Source: Desulfobacterium sp.
GTDB lineage: Bacteria; Desulfobacterota; Desulfobacteria; Desulfobacterales; SURF-7
Reading direction: 5' to 3'
DNA length: 36,759 nt
NCBI GenBank assembly: GCA_013824585.1
Contig: PNOB01000003.1
Location: forward strand, 1-36,759
Of this stretch, positions 27,232 to 36,759 are shown in pieces. The notes under the pieces are model-generated. The model saw only the letters and a list, made by a program, of their open reading frames with translations, was not told where the DNA came from and ran no database searches. Position numbers and translations under genes: made by a program. Every line of letters begins with the position of its first letter. The stretch's first letter is position 1.

Positions 27232-27734
27232 GAAAATTGATAAAACAAATTTTTTGTGTTTTCTGGGTGCTATGTTTTATTTTATCATGTGGTTATAATT
27301 TTGCAGGTATGGGAAAGATACCTGGCGGGGTGAAAACCATATGTGTTACCATGTTGAAAAACAATACAAATGAAACCGGTTTGGAAAGAATCATTACAAA
27401 CTCAATTGTTAATGAGTTTTCCAGAAATGGCGTACCCATGACGAAGGATCCGGCCAGGGCAGATGGGATACTTTCCGGTTCTGTGGCTTCTGTTTATACG
27501 ACAACCATTGCGCGATCCAGTGCAAACACCTCTTCTGAGAGAAGTGTTTATATTAAACTTGATATGAAACTGATGAATAGTAAGGGCAAACTTTTGTGGA
27601 CTCGATCCGGTATAGAAGATAATGAAGCCTATCAAGCAGGTTTGAACGAAGATAGACAAAAGAAGAAAGCCATTAATGATCTGGTAAAACGATTATCTCG
27701 AACTTTCTACCAGAGGCTGACAGATGATTTTTAG
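27228..27734 (+). CDS. lptE: LptE-family LPS assembly lipoprotein
   Basis: LSCGY lipobox, C-terminal DDF; conserved position downstream of leuS with ATGA overlap. Confidence 0.8.
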   Translation: MRKLIKQIFCVFWVLCFILSCGYNFAGMGKIPGGVKTICVTMLKNNTNETGLERIITNSIVNEFSRNGVPMTKDPARADGILSGSVASVYTTTIARSSANTSSERSVYIKLDMKLMNSKGKLLWTRSGIEDNEAYQAGLNEDRQKKKAINDLVKRLSRTFYQRLTDDF

Positions 27735-27764
27735 CCGGTTTGCCTTATCAAAAAGGCAAACCGG
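27735..27764. terminator. Hairpin between convergent lptE and rpsT (possibly bidirectional terminator)
   Basis: CCGGTTTGCCTT-atcaaa-AAGGCAAACCGG, a 12-bp perfect stem. Confidence 0.65.
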
Positions 27765-27771
27765 AAGTCAA

Positions 27772-28035
27772 TCAGGCAGATTTTGAATTGATCAGCTTGG
27801 ACAGGCGTGAAATTTTTCTGGAGGCTGTTCGTTTATGCATAACCCCTTTTTTAACAGCTTTATCAATAATTGATTTGGCTGTATTCAGGGTAACCGTATT
27901 ATCTTTTCCAGCTTCTGCAGAACCAGTGCGAACATCTTTAATGATATTTTTTACTCTCGTTCTGACCGCTTTGTTCCGCATATGCTTGAGTTCACTTTGT
28001 TTTACGCGTTTTAATGCAGATTTATGATTTGCCAA
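27772..28035 (-). CDS. rpsT: 30S ribosomal protein S20
   Basis: MANHKSALKR...IDKAVKKGVMHKRTASRKISRL; TTG start with AAGGAG SD. Confidence 0.97.
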   Translation of the reverse strand: MANHKSALKRVKQSELKHMRNKAVRTRVKNIIKDVRTGSAEAGKDNTVTLNTAKSIIDKAVKKGVMHKRTASRKISRLSKLINSKSA

Positions 28036-28083
28036 CTTGATTTGCTCCTTTAAAGATTATTTTTAATCCAAACTGAACGAAAA

Positions 28084-28112
28084 TAAATATCGAAACTTTC
28101 CAAAGCTGTCAA
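28084..28112 (-). promoter_or_regulatory. sigma70 promoter of rpsT
   Basis: Minus strand TTGACA-N17-TATTTA. Confidence 0.55.
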
Positions 28113-28125
28113 GTGAATATTTGAA

Positions 28126-28557
28126 TTATAGGGTATAAACCTTATCCCCGTCAATAACCACCACCCCATTTTCCTGCAGGACTCGGACCGCTTCATCCAG
28201 CTTTTCAAATCGGAATATCATGACTGCATTGCTGGAATTCGGCTGGACAAATGCGTACATATATTCAACATTAATACTCACCTTATGAAGTATATTGAGA
28301 ATTTTGTACAAACCTCCTGGTTTGTCTTCAACCTCAACAGCCACGACAAAGGTTTTTCCCACAGTAAAATTTTGTTTTTTCAGGGCTTCTTCAGCTTTTT
28401 GATTGTTGTCAACGATCATGCGCAATACGCCAAAGTCAGAGGTGTCTGCAAGGGATAATGCGCGGATATTGATCCCTGATTCTGCGAGGATGCCGGTTAC
28501 TTCAGCAATACGCCCGGATTTATTTTCCAAAAAAACCGAAATCTGTTCAACTTTCAT
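28126..28557 (-). CDS. Tandem ACT-domain protein (paaK-associated)
   Basis: [16 protein letters not shown]...[18 protein letters not shown]...DKPGGL...NVEYMYAF; AAGGAGG SD before ATG 28557. Confidence 0.92.
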   Translation of the reverse strand: MKVEQISVFLENKSGRIAEVTGILAESGINIRALSLADTSDFGVLRMIVDNNQKAEEALKKQNFTVGKTFVVAVEVEDKPGGLYKILNILHKVSINVEYMYAFVQPNSSNAVMIFRFEKLDEAVRVLQENGVVVIDGDKVYTL

Positions 28558-28594
28558 TTCTGACCTCCTTATCGGGTTCAAAGCATCGTTGTTT

Positions 28595-29896
28595 TTATAG
28601 TTTTCGGTTATCAATGACACGAATCGCTTTTCCTTCACTCCGGGCAATGGTTTTGGGTTCAACCAGTTTGACCGCAGCAGAGACACCCAAAATCTCTTTG
28701 ATGTCTTTTGAGATTTTTTTCTCAAGATTCTGGAGATTTCTGACTTCATCCGAGAACAGCTGTTCGCCAACCTCAACAAGAACTGACAACGTGTCCAGAT
28801 TGTCTTTCCGGTCAACCACCAGTTGATAATGGGGTTCGACTTCGTCAATCTGCATCAGTACGCTTTCAATCTGTGAGGGGAACACATTGACTCCCCGGAT
28901 GATCAGCATATCGTCTGTTCGGCCGCTGACCCGTTTCATTCTTACATGAGATCGGCCACAAATGCATGGTTCAGGATTCAGTGCAGAGATATCTCTTGTC
29001 CGGTAACGGATTACAGGAAACGCTTCTTTTGTAATAGAGGTGAAAACAAGCTCTCCGGTTTCGCCATAGGGCAGGACATCACCGGTTTCAGGATTAATGA
29101 TCTCTGGTATAAAATGATCCTCGTAAATATGAAGGCCGGCTTTTGCTTCATGACATTCAATGGCAACTCCCGGTCCCATGACCTCACTGAGGCCATAAAT
29201 ATCAACCGCGATGATTTTCAGCTTGTTCTCAATTTCCTGCCGCATGCTCTCAGACCAGGGTTCTGCCCCGAAGATACCGTATTTAAACTTCAGGTCTTTA
29301 AATGAAACACCCATCTCTTCAGCCACTTCTGCAAGATGCAGGGTATAAGAGGGGGTGGCTGTCAGGATTGTGGGACCGAAATCTTTCATGATGATAATCT
29401 GTCTTTTGGTGTTACCACCGGAAACCGGTATAATGGACGCCCCAAGTTTTTCCGCTCCATAATGAACGCCAAGTCCTCCGGTAAACAGTCCGTATCCGTA
29501 TGCATTATGGATAATATCTCCTCGTGTGGCTCCACCTGCGGATAAAGAACGTGCCATGAGTTCAGACCATGTTCCGATGTCGCGGGCAGTGTAACCGACA
29601 ACCGTAGGCTTTCCTGTGGTTCCGGAGGATGCATGAATGCGGACGACATTATCCATCGGGACGGCAAACATCCCAAACGGGTAATTATCGCGCAGATCCT
29701 GTTTGGTCGTAAACGGTATTTTTTGTATATCCGCAAGTGACCTGATTTCAGATGGGGTGATTCCTGCTTCTTCAAATTTTTTTTGATAAAATGGAACGGT
29801 TGCATAAACACGATTCAGCGTGGCTTGAAGTCGTCTGAGCTGGATGGCTTCAAGTGCTTCCCTTGGCATGGTTTCGTATTCAATATTGAATATCAT
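28595..29896 (-). CDS. paaK: Phenylacetate--CoA ligase family protein
   Basis: [63 protein letters not shown]. Confidence 0.93.
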   Translation of the reverse strand: MIFNIEYETMPREALEAIQLRRLQATLNRVYATVPFYQKKFEEAGITPSEIRSLADIQKIPFTTKQDLRDNYPFGMFAVPMDNVVRIHASSGTTGKPTVVGYTARDIGTWSELMARSLSAGGATRGDIIHNAYGYGLFTGGLGVHYGAEKLGASIIPVSGGNTKRQIIIMKDFGPTILTATPSYTLHLAEVAEEMGVSFKDLKFKYGIFGAEPWSESMRQEIENKLKIIAVDIYGLSEVMGPGVAIECHEAKAGLHIYEDHFIPEIINPETGDVLPYGETGELVFTSITKEAFPVIRYRTRDISALNPEPCICGRSHVRMKRVSGRTDDMLIIRGVNVFPSQIESVLMQIDEVEPHYQLVVDRKDNLDTLSVLVEVGEQLFSDEVRNLQNLEKKISKDIKEILGVSAAVKLVEPKTIARSEGKAIRVIDNRKL

Positions 29897-29953
29897 GTTT
29901 TTATCCTTTGATCGGGTTTCCCATTATCCAGTGTCGGACAATAGGATATCTGA

Positions 29954-30748
29954 TTATTTATTGAGTTGCCCCTTAAATTCCGGTTTTCGTTTTTCAAGAA
30001 AAGCCGTTGTACCTTCCCGAGCGTCTTCTCCAGCCATGCAGATGGAGAATGCGTCGATTTCCAATTTACAGCCTGTGGCAAGATCAACATCCATTCCGCT
30101 GTTTACTGCCTGTTTGGCGGCTCTCAGACTGACTCTTCCCTTGGATGCAACCATATTGGCTGTTTTTAATACCTCTTCCATGAGAAGCTCGGGAGGCAGT
30201 ATTCTATTCACCATCCCGATCTGATGAGCTTCAGATGCACTAATCATTTTTCCAGTAAAAATCAACTCTTTGGCCATATTTTTTCCAATCTGCCGGGGCA
30301 GCCGCTGGGTCCCGCCAAATCCAGGGATAAGTCCCAGTGTAATCTCAGGTAGACCGAATTTTGCATTTTCAGATGCATAAATAAAATCACATGCCAGGGC
30401 AACTTCACTTCCACCCCCTAGCGCAAATCCATTTACTGCTGCGATTACCGGTATTGGCAATGCTTGAAGTTTATTCATGACCTGATGACCCATTTCCGCA
30501 AAATGTTTGGCCTGTATTGAATCAAGACAGCGGGCAAGTTCTGTAATATCCGCACCTGCGACAAATGATTTATCTCCTGCTCCGGTTAAAACCAGTACAC
30601 GTATTTCCTGATTTTTTTGAATTTCATCCAAGGCTGCTGAGAATTCAGATAAAAGCTCCGAGTTCAGTGCATTCAAGGCTTTGGGGCGATTAAACGTTAT
30701 GATGGAGATATTGTTTTCAATTTGAAAAAGGATCGTATTATATTTCAT
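29954..30748 (-). CDS. Enoyl-CoA hydratase (crotonase family)
   Basis: NRPKALNAL, FVAGADI, AVNGFALGGGSEVALACD, FGLPEITLGLIPGFGGTQRL. Confidence 0.93.
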   Translation of the reverse strand: MKYNTILFQIENNISIITFNRPKALNALNSELLSEFSAALDEIQKNQEIRVLVLTGAGDKSFVAGADITELARCLDSIQAKHFAEMGHQVMNKLQALPIPVIAAVNGFALGGGSEVALACDFIYASENAKFGLPEITLGLIPGFGGTQRLPRQIGKNMAKELIFTGKMISASEAHQIGMVNRILPPELLMEEVLKTANMVASKGRVSLRAAKQAVNSGMDVDLATGCKLEIDAFSICMAGEDAREGTTAFLEKRKPEFKGQLNK

Positions 30749-30771
30749 TATTCCCTCCGTCTGATACGTAT

Positions 30772-32472
30772 TTATGTTTGTTTATCCGGTTTTTTTTCAA
30801 TAAAGGCAGTCGGGTTTGTTTCTTTGATATAGTTTCGAATCCCGAGGAGGATGGAATCACATACTCGTTCCTGATAGGTTGAGTTAATCAATCTTTTGCA
30901 TTCACTTTCATTGCTGATAAAGGCGGTTTCAATAAGAACGGCAGGCATCTGGGCACCCAGGAGAACATAAAAAGGCGCCTGTTTAACCCCTTTGCTTTTT
31001 ATCTGGTTGTATTGTTCCCGAAGTCTATGAAACATGGAGTCCTGAACATGTGTTGCGAGCCTGCTGGATTCATTTATTTTTGCATTCTGCATCAGATCGA
31101 GGAGAATCGATTGCAGATCGCTGATGTTTTTGGTGGATGTGGCATTTTCTTTTGCAGCAACCATAATGGACTCATCATCGGTTGCAAGGTTGAGAAAATA
31201 GGTTTCAATACCATACGCTCTTTTGTCTCTGGACGCGTTTGTATGAATTGAAATAAAAAGATCTGCATTTTTTGTGTTTGCAATTGCTGTTCGTTCTTCA
31301 AGAGTCAGGAATCGATCGGTCTCGCGTGTCAGGATGACATTACAATGGATTGTATCTTTTATTTTCCGGGCCAGATTTTTGGCCAGTTTCAATACAATAT
31401 CTTTTTCATGGGTTCCTTTGATATAACCTGGAGCTCCGAAATCGTGCCCTCCATGTCCTGGGTCGATAACGATGGTCTGGACACCTAATGCCAGTTGTTT
31501 TGCAATGGCACTGGGGGTGATTTTCTTATTGGTGGAGGGATAGTAAGCTTTTTCAGGAGGTGATTTTTTTACGTATTTCTCTTGTTTGCCATTTTTTCCC
31601 CATACATCGATCACGATTCGAAAAGGGTTTTTCAGGGAAAAAATTTTATAGTTTTTAAACGATTTGATATCAATGACGACCCTTACCGTATCGGCGGTGT
31701 ATTGGCCGGCACGGGCATCTTTGAGCAGGTCGTCGTTAATCTGTTTTGTTTTTTCAAATGTCTTGCCAAGTCTGCTTTTGCTCAGATCCACGTATAGACG
31801 CTCTGGTTTGCTGATAGAGGGGTCTTTTTTCAGAAGACAGTGTGTAAAACTGGTTTCCTTGTCTGAATCAATAACGATTCTCGTATAATTGGGGTTCGAC
31901 CAGAACCGGAGGTCTTTTACCGTTGAAAACCCTTTTGGGAAAAGGGGAAGGGGGGTCTCTTTTGCTGCCGGTTCCTGTTCGGGTATTTTCGGAGGATTAA
32001 TTTTTTTTTGGAGCAGACCGGCTTTCCTTTTTATATACCGGACTTCCGTTGATTCCACTACAGGGCTTATAATCGAAATCCGTCTGATTTCATCCACGGC
32101 CTGGTTTTTATATCTGCTTTTGGGATATTGCTTGATGATCTGTTCGAAAAATGTCAGAGCTTCTTTTCTATCTGAATTTATGTTGGACAATCTGTATAAT
32201 CCAGCATAAAGGAGACCGGTTTTATACAGCCCTGCAGCAGCCCACGGACCGTAAGGATTGAGCCTGTGTACTTCTTTGTATTTTTGAATACAGTACAGCC
32301 AGCTTTTCCGATCTTGCTGTTTTTTCTGATTTTCCAGAAGATACTTATAGCAGGATTCTGCCTGATAGTATTGGTCTTTCGGAGACTTTCCTGCACTTGC
32401 AGCAGAACAGAAGATGAATAAGCTGCAAATCGAAAATAATACAATGCGAATTTTTTTATCAATCATGATCAT
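30772..32472 (-). CDS. N-acetylmuramoyl-L-alanine amidase (signal peptide, TPR-like, AMIN and Amidase_3 domains)
   Basis: IVIDPGHGGHD, EKDIVL, LFISIHTNA, APFYVL, PAVLIE; AMIN-like YTRIVID/VRVVID; start placed at the ATG overlapping the mutS stop (ORF track 32508). Confidence 0.92.
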   Translation of the reverse strand: MIMIDKKIRIVLFSICSLFIFCSAASAGKSPKDQYYQAESCYKYLLENQKKQQDRKSWLYCIQKYKEVHRLNPYGPWAAAGLYKTGLLYAGLYRLSNINSDRKEALTFFEQIIKQYPKSRYKNQAVDEIRRISIISPVVESTEVRYIKRKAGLLQKKINPPKIPEQEPAAKETPLPLFPKGFSTVKDLRFWSNPNYTRIVIDSDKETSFTHCLLKKDPSISKPERLYVDLSKSRLGKTFEKTKQINDDLLKDARAGQYTADTVRVVIDIKSFKNYKIFSLKNPFRIVIDVWGKNGKQEKYVKKSPPEKAYYPSTNKKITPSAIAKQLALGVQTIVIDPGHGGHDFGAPGYIKGTHEKDIVLKLAKNLARKIKDTIHCNVILTRETDRFLTLEERTAIANTKNADLFISIHTNASRDKRAYGIETYFLNLATDDESIMVAAKENATSTKNISDLQSILLDLMQNAKINESSRLATHVQDSMFHRLREQYNQIKSKGVKQAPFYVLLGAQMPAVLIETAFISNESECKRLINSTYQERVCDSILLGIRNYIKETNPTAFIEKKPDKQT

Positions 32473-35111
32473 GTAATAATACTGTCTGCTTTTTCCTTTA
32501 ATTTGCATAAATAATTAATTGCATCAATAGGAGTCATTGTTGAAATATTCAATTTTTGCAAACTCTGGATGATGATTTCATCCGGTTTCTGAAACAGGCT
32601 GAGCTGAACCTGTCCTTTTGATGGTTCAGTGTTTGCCCTGATCGATTTTTTTGGCTTGGAAACATTCCGATTATCATGCTCTACCCTTGAAAGAACTTTT
32701 TTTGCCTGCCGTATAATTGTTTCCGGTATCCCTGCAAGTCGGGCTACCTGGATACCATAGCTTCTGTTTGTGCTGCCTTCAACAAGTTTTCGAAGAAAAA
32801 TGATTTCATCATTCCATTCCTTTACCGCAATATTGAAATTCTGCACCCGGGGTTTTTGATCCGCAAGATCGGTAAGCTCATGATAATGGGTGGCAAAAAG
32901 GGTTTTGACTCCTTTTCCTTCAAGGTCATGCAGATACTCTGCGACAGCCCATGCAATGCTCAGCCCGTCATAGGTGCTCGTTCCTCTTCCGATTTCATCC
33001 ATGATAACAAGGCTGCGGGGAGTCGCATTGTTCATAATGTTGGCGGTTTCTTCCATTTCAACCATAAAAGTGCTTTGCCCGGAAGAAAGGTTGTCGAGAG
33101 CTCCAACCCGCGTGAAAATTCGATCCGTAATACAGATGGACGCTTTTTGTGCCGGAACAAAGGAACCCATTTGCGCCATAATTGAAAGAATGGCTACCTG
33201 ACGAAGGACGGTTGACTTTCCGGCCATGTTCGGTCCGGTTATGATCAGAATCTGGTTTTCCGAGTCATCCAGTTTGATTGTGTTGGGTATGTACCTTTCC
33301 CCTGTGATCAATTTTTCAACAACAGGATGACGTCCTTCCTGGATATGAATATATCCGTCTGTGTTGATCTCCGGCTGGATATAGTTGTTCTGTTCCGCAA
33401 TTTCAGATAGATTGAAAATACAGTCAATGGATGAAATGAAGTCGGCAAAACGAAGAATTTCATCATTGGTTTGGATGATTGTTTCCCGGATGTCGGTAAA
33501 CAGCTTGTACTCAAGTTCCGCCATAAGTTCATGGGCGTTCAATACCTTGGTTTCAAATGTTTTCAGTTCATCGGTGATATACCTCTCCGCATTGACCAGG
33601 GTCTGTTTTCGGATATAGTTTCCAGGAACGGATTCTGAATGGGCTTTGGGAATTTCAATATAATAACCAAAAACTTTATTGTATTTTACTTTTAATGAAT
33701 TGATTTTTGTTTTTTCTTTTTCTTCAGCTTCCAGTTTAACCAGCCAGCCTTTGCCGTCCTGGCTGATTTTTATCAATTCATCCAGTTTTTCATGATATCC
33801 GGGTTTGATGATCCCCCCTTCGTTTATGATAGGGGGTGCATCTTCCCGGATGGATTTCTCGATCAGGGTAACAAGATGATTCACCTTTTCAAGGGACTGA
33901 TCCGTGTTCCCCTGGCTAAATTGAAAAGCATCTGATGTGAGCTTTCTGAGGATATGCAGGATCTCCGGGATTTTCATCAGGGATTTTTTTAAGGCAACCA
34001 GGTCCCTTGCATTGGCTCTTCCCATGTTAATCCTGCTGGATAGTCTCTCAAGGTCGTAAATGGATTTCAAAGTTTCCCGAACCTGGAATCTGCATTCGAT
34101 ATTTGATTTTCCTTCTGCCACTGCGGTTAATCGTTTCCGGATCAGATCCATGTCGATCAAGGGATATCGAAGCCACTGTTTTAAACGTCGGCTTCCCATG
34201 GCAGTGACACACTGGTCAATAACCCCCAGCAGAGAGCCATGCGGTTTTCCGGTTCGAAGATTTTCAATGAGTTCAAGATTTTTGCAGCTCATCTCATCAA
34301 CGATCAGAAAACCATCCAGAGAATAGGGCTCTATGCGCTTCAGATGTTCTGTCTTCTGCTTCTGTGTTTCACGTACATAGGCCAACAGGGCGCCGGCAGC
34401 TCCAATTCCAACGGTAGCATTTTCACATCCGAATCCTTCAAGGCTTCTTGTCTGAAATTGTTCGATCAGGATTTCCCGACCGGTTTGAGGTTGAAATTCT
34501 TTATCCGGGAGAAAGGATATGGGTTTTTCGGAAAAAGCCCGGAGCAATTTTACATGGCTGTTGCTGTCACGCATGGATTCCGGCAACAGGATTTCACTCG
34601 GAGAAATGCGCAGGGATTCATCAATGATGGCATTGATCTTATCGGATTCCGTCATTCGGAAGGTTCCGGTCGAAATATCAAGAAAGGAGATTCCGGTGAT
34701 GGAATGATTGGCAGAGATCGACAGAATAAAATTGTTGGATTTTTCATTCAGCAGGTTGCTGTCGATGATCATGCCAGGCGTTATTACACGGATAACATCT
34801 CTTTTTACAATTCCTTTGGCAAGAGCAGGATCTTCAAGCTGCTCGCATATGGCTACCCTGTAACCCTTATCAATCAGACGGCCAATGTAGCTGTCTAAAG
34901 CCCGTGCAGGTATCCCACACATGGGGATGGCGTCTTCATTTTTTTTATTTCGGGAGGTAAGCGTGATTTCAAGAATCTTGGATGCGGTTACAGCATCCTC
35001 AAAAAACATTTCATAAAAATCACCCATTCGATAAAACAGGATGGCATCGCTATATTTCTCCTTGATGGAGAGGTATTGTCTGACCATCGGTGTTTCTGTG
35101 GGGATGCTCAT
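32469..35111 (-). CDS. mutS: DNA mismatch repair protein MutS
   Basis: TPMVRQY, GDFYEMF, GPNMAGKST, DEIGRGTST, ATHYHEL, SYGIQVA; C-terminal QLSLF clamp-binding motif. Confidence 0.98.
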   Translation of the reverse strand: MSIPTETPMVRQYLSIKEKYSDAILFYRMGDFYEMFFEDAVTASKILEITLTSRNKKNEDAIPMCGIPARALDSYIGRLIDKGYRVAICEQLEDPALAKGIVKRDVIRVITPGMIIDSNLLNEKSNNFILSISANHSITGISFLDISTGTFRMTESDKINAIIDESLRISPSEILLPESMRDSNSHVKLLRAFSEKPISFLPDKEFQPQTGREILIEQFQTRSLEGFGCENATVGIGAAGALLAYVRETQKQKTEHLKRIEPYSLDGFLIVDEMSCKNLELIENLRTGKPHGSLLGVIDQCVTAMGSRRLKQWLRYPLIDMDLIRKRLTAVAEGKSNIECRFQVRETLKSIYDLERLSSRINMGRANARDLVALKKSLMKIPEILHILRKLTSDAFQFSQGNTDQSLEKVNHLVTLIEKSIREDAPPIINEGGIIKPGYHEKLDELIKISQDGKGWLVKLEAEEKEKTKINSLKVKYNKVFGYYIEIPKAHSESVPGNYIRKQTLVNAERYITDELKTFETKVLNAHELMAELEYKLFTDIRETIIQTNDEILRFADFISSIDCIFNLSEIAEQNNYIQPEINTDGYIHIQEGRHPVVEKLITGERYIPNTIKLDDSENQILIITGPNMAGKSTVLRQVAILSIMAQMGSFVPAQKASICITDRIFTRVGALDNLSSGQSTFMVEMEETANIMNNATPRSLVIMDEIGRGTSTYDGLSIAWAVAEYLHDLEGKGVKTLFATHYHELTDLADQKPRVQNFNIAVKEWNDEIIFLRKLVEGSTNRSYGIQVARLAGIPETIIRQAKKVLSRVEHDNRNVSKPKKSIRANTEPSKGQVQLSLFQKPDEIIIQSLQKLNISTMTPIDAINYLCKLKEKADSIIT

Positions 35112-35205
35112 AATAAAATTTAGTACTTTGTTTTTTATATGATACTGTTCTGTTCGATGGCGACTCTTTTCCTGAAACAGCTTCTACTCTGTTACTATCG
35201 AAAAC

Positions 35206-35958
35206 TCAACCTTTTTTCCCACGTGAACATTCTTCTGTCAATGGTATAATGTCAAGGTTGCCCCAAAGCCCGATAATGTCATCGATGATTGCAACAGCAC
35301 CGAGAATTCCATTAATCTTTCCGGCTTCCTGTACGGCAGTTTTAATATCTGCTTTGGATTTGATTCGGTTTCCGATTGCTGTTGCCGCTGCATCTGCAAG
35401 ACTGCAAGAATGGGAGATAATGCATACTGCATCTGATTTGCCGAAACTGAGAGAATGACCGATTGTACCGGAGGATGTACAAATTGAAAGGGGACGGTTT
35501 TCTGGAATCAGACGCAGACCGAGTTTCATACTCAAAGGCGATTTGCCGGCATAGATACCTATGGTAACAGGTTCATTCAACTTCATAAAGACATCTCCAC
35601 CGTTTTCGACCACAACCTCCTCTGAATGTTCAAGCAGATCCTTACCCACAAACTCTGCGATAGCTCCAGCAACAGCGGCCATGGGGCCGACACCGGCCAG
35701 ATTGCCGGCTTTGATCATTTCATTGATAATCAGTGGTGCAGGACTCTCTATGTTCCATGGAACCAGTGATGTCGCAAAGCTGGGGTTTCTCTGTATAAAG
35801 GCTTCAATATATCCTCGAAACTTAAAAACACTTTCCCGTGCCATATCAAACAGATTTTTGTCTGCTTGAACCGCGATATCAGTCTCTTTCACCATAACCG
35901 TGAAAGATACCAGGTTTTTTCTGTTCATGAATTTTCGGTATTCTTCATCACGGTTCAT
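35206..35958 (-). CDS. UPF0280 / ApbE-like family protein
   Basis: VKETD, GVGPMAAVAGAIA, ENGGD, CTSSGTIGHSLSFG, LADAAATAIGN. Confidence 0.88.
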   Translation of the reverse strand: MNRDEEYRKFMNRKNLVSFTVMVKETDIAVQADKNLFDMARESVFKFRGYIEAFIQRNPSFATSLVPWNIESPAPLIINEMIKAGNLAGVGPMAAVAGAIAEFVGKDLLEHSEEVVVENGGDVFMKLNEPVTIGIYAGKSPLSMKLGLRLIPENRPLSICTSSGTIGHSLSFGKSDAVCIISHSCSLADAAATAIGNRIKSKADIKTAVQEAGKINGILGAVAIIDDIIGLWGNLDIIPLTEECSRGKKG

Positions 35959-35984
35959 TGGATAAGGAGACCTTTAAAAAAAAA

Positions 35985-36758
35985 TTATAAGGTGTAGACT
36001 AATTTTGATCTCATTTTTTCCGGACATAATTCGATAAAATACCGATCGGTCATACCGGCAACAAAATCCCTTACAATTTCAGGATGGGAGTTTTGTTCAA
36101 AATATGAATCTGACATATCTTCAAGGAAGTTTGAATAGATACGTGAGGATCGGTTTTTCTTAGAAAGATCTTCCAGAGATGTTTCAAATAAATATTGAAA
36201 CATCTCCTCAATTTTTTTCGAATTTTTTTTAATACGTTGATTCAGGTAGATGTGTTTATAATTAAATGCTTTCAGGGATTGCAATGCATTTGAGATTTCA
36301 GGACTGAACGCAATATAGGGATTCCCATAACTGGTTGCGATCAAGTCGGTCACCAGTTTGTAAACAATGGTTCCATTTGTTTCCCCCAGCAAAGCAACAG
36401 AATTTTTTGGCAGGTCGCAACGTGTAATCAATCCAAGCCGTATTCCGTCCTCTATATCCCGCCCGATATAGGAGATTGTATCCGCCATTCTGACAACACA
36501 TCCTTCCAATGTCATGGGGATAACGGTTTGTAATGATCCTGATGTCATTTCTGTAATGTTTTGATCAAGGATTTCAAATGACCTGTTTTTTTCAGGTTCA
36601 AGTCTTTGTGTGTGGGTTTCGCCATCATGGCAAAGAATTCCATCCAGCGTCTGGAGGCATAAGTTCCATCCGCGTCCTTTTTTTTCAAGCTGGTCAAGAA
36701 ACCGGATGCTCTGAACATTGTGGCGGAAATTTCCGATTCCTGCGGTTTTGCAAAGTCC
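35985..36758 (-). CDS. HD-domain dGTP triphosphohydrolase-like protein (5' end beyond the window)
   Basis: Frame open from the window edge: FRHNVQSIR, NLCLQTLDGILCHDGE, TLEGCVVRMADTISYIGRDIEDG, RDFVAGMTDRY. Confidence 0.88.
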   Translation of the reverse strand, partial: GLCKTAGIGNFRHNVQSIRFLDQLEKKGRGWNLCLQTLDGILCHDGETHTQRLEPEKNRSFEILDQNITEMTSGSLQTVIPMTLEGCVVRMADTISYIGRDIEDGIRLGLITRCDLPKNSVALLGETNGTIVYKLVTDLIATSYGNPYIAFSPEISNALQSLKAFNYKHIYLNQRIKKNSKKIEEMFQYLFETSLEDLSKKNRSSRIYSNFLEDMSDSYFEQNSHPEIVRDFVAGMTDRYFIELCPEKMRSKLVYTL

Positions 36759-36759
36759 G

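Noticed and set aside
27740-28027. 95-aa plus-strand ORF
   Set aside because: Antisense shadow of rpsT
28558-28848. N-terminal extension of the 240-aa ORF 28126-28848
   Set aside because: It overlaps paaK in another frame; the true start is the SD-preceded ATG at 28557
1-36759. tRNA, rRNA, CRISPR array, riboswitch or IS element
   Set aside because: None recognised by eye in the intergenic regions; a covariance-model search (Rfam/tRNAscan) would be needed to exclude small RNAs

Overview
This window looks like chromosomal DNA from a sulfate-reducer-type deltaproteobacterium (Desulfobacterota-like, inferred from gene content and style). It has two parts. Positions ~1-10.8 kb are an accessory patchwork: the 5' end of a SNF2/RapA-type helicase gene of the kind found in restriction-like defence loci (not in the ORF track because it runs off the window); a TetR gene with two matching palindromic operators heading a partly decayed redox/hydrolase operon; a PAS/HD-GYP phosphodiesterase; a DmeF-type CDF transporter; a large orphan Cys-rich lipoprotein; and an AAA_14/DUF4143 ATPase with an apparently leaderless, palindrome-covered promoter. 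Positions ~10.9-36.8 kb are mostly core genes: topA, dprA, cpoB, secF/secD/yajC, RNase E/G, leuS, lptE, rpsT, ACT protein/paaK/enoyl-CoA hydratase, amidase, mutS, UPF0280 and a dGTPase-like HD protein. At the left end of this core block is the most unusual element, an olefin-biosynthesis-like operon oleB-orfX-oleC-oleD. It has no oleA in the window, it has a membrane-anchored coiled-coil gene translationally coupled to oleC, and its full-length OleC has substitutions clustered in the adenylation active-site motifs. No rRNA, tRNA, CRISPR array or transposase was recognised. All family calls come from motif recognition by eye, not from database searches.
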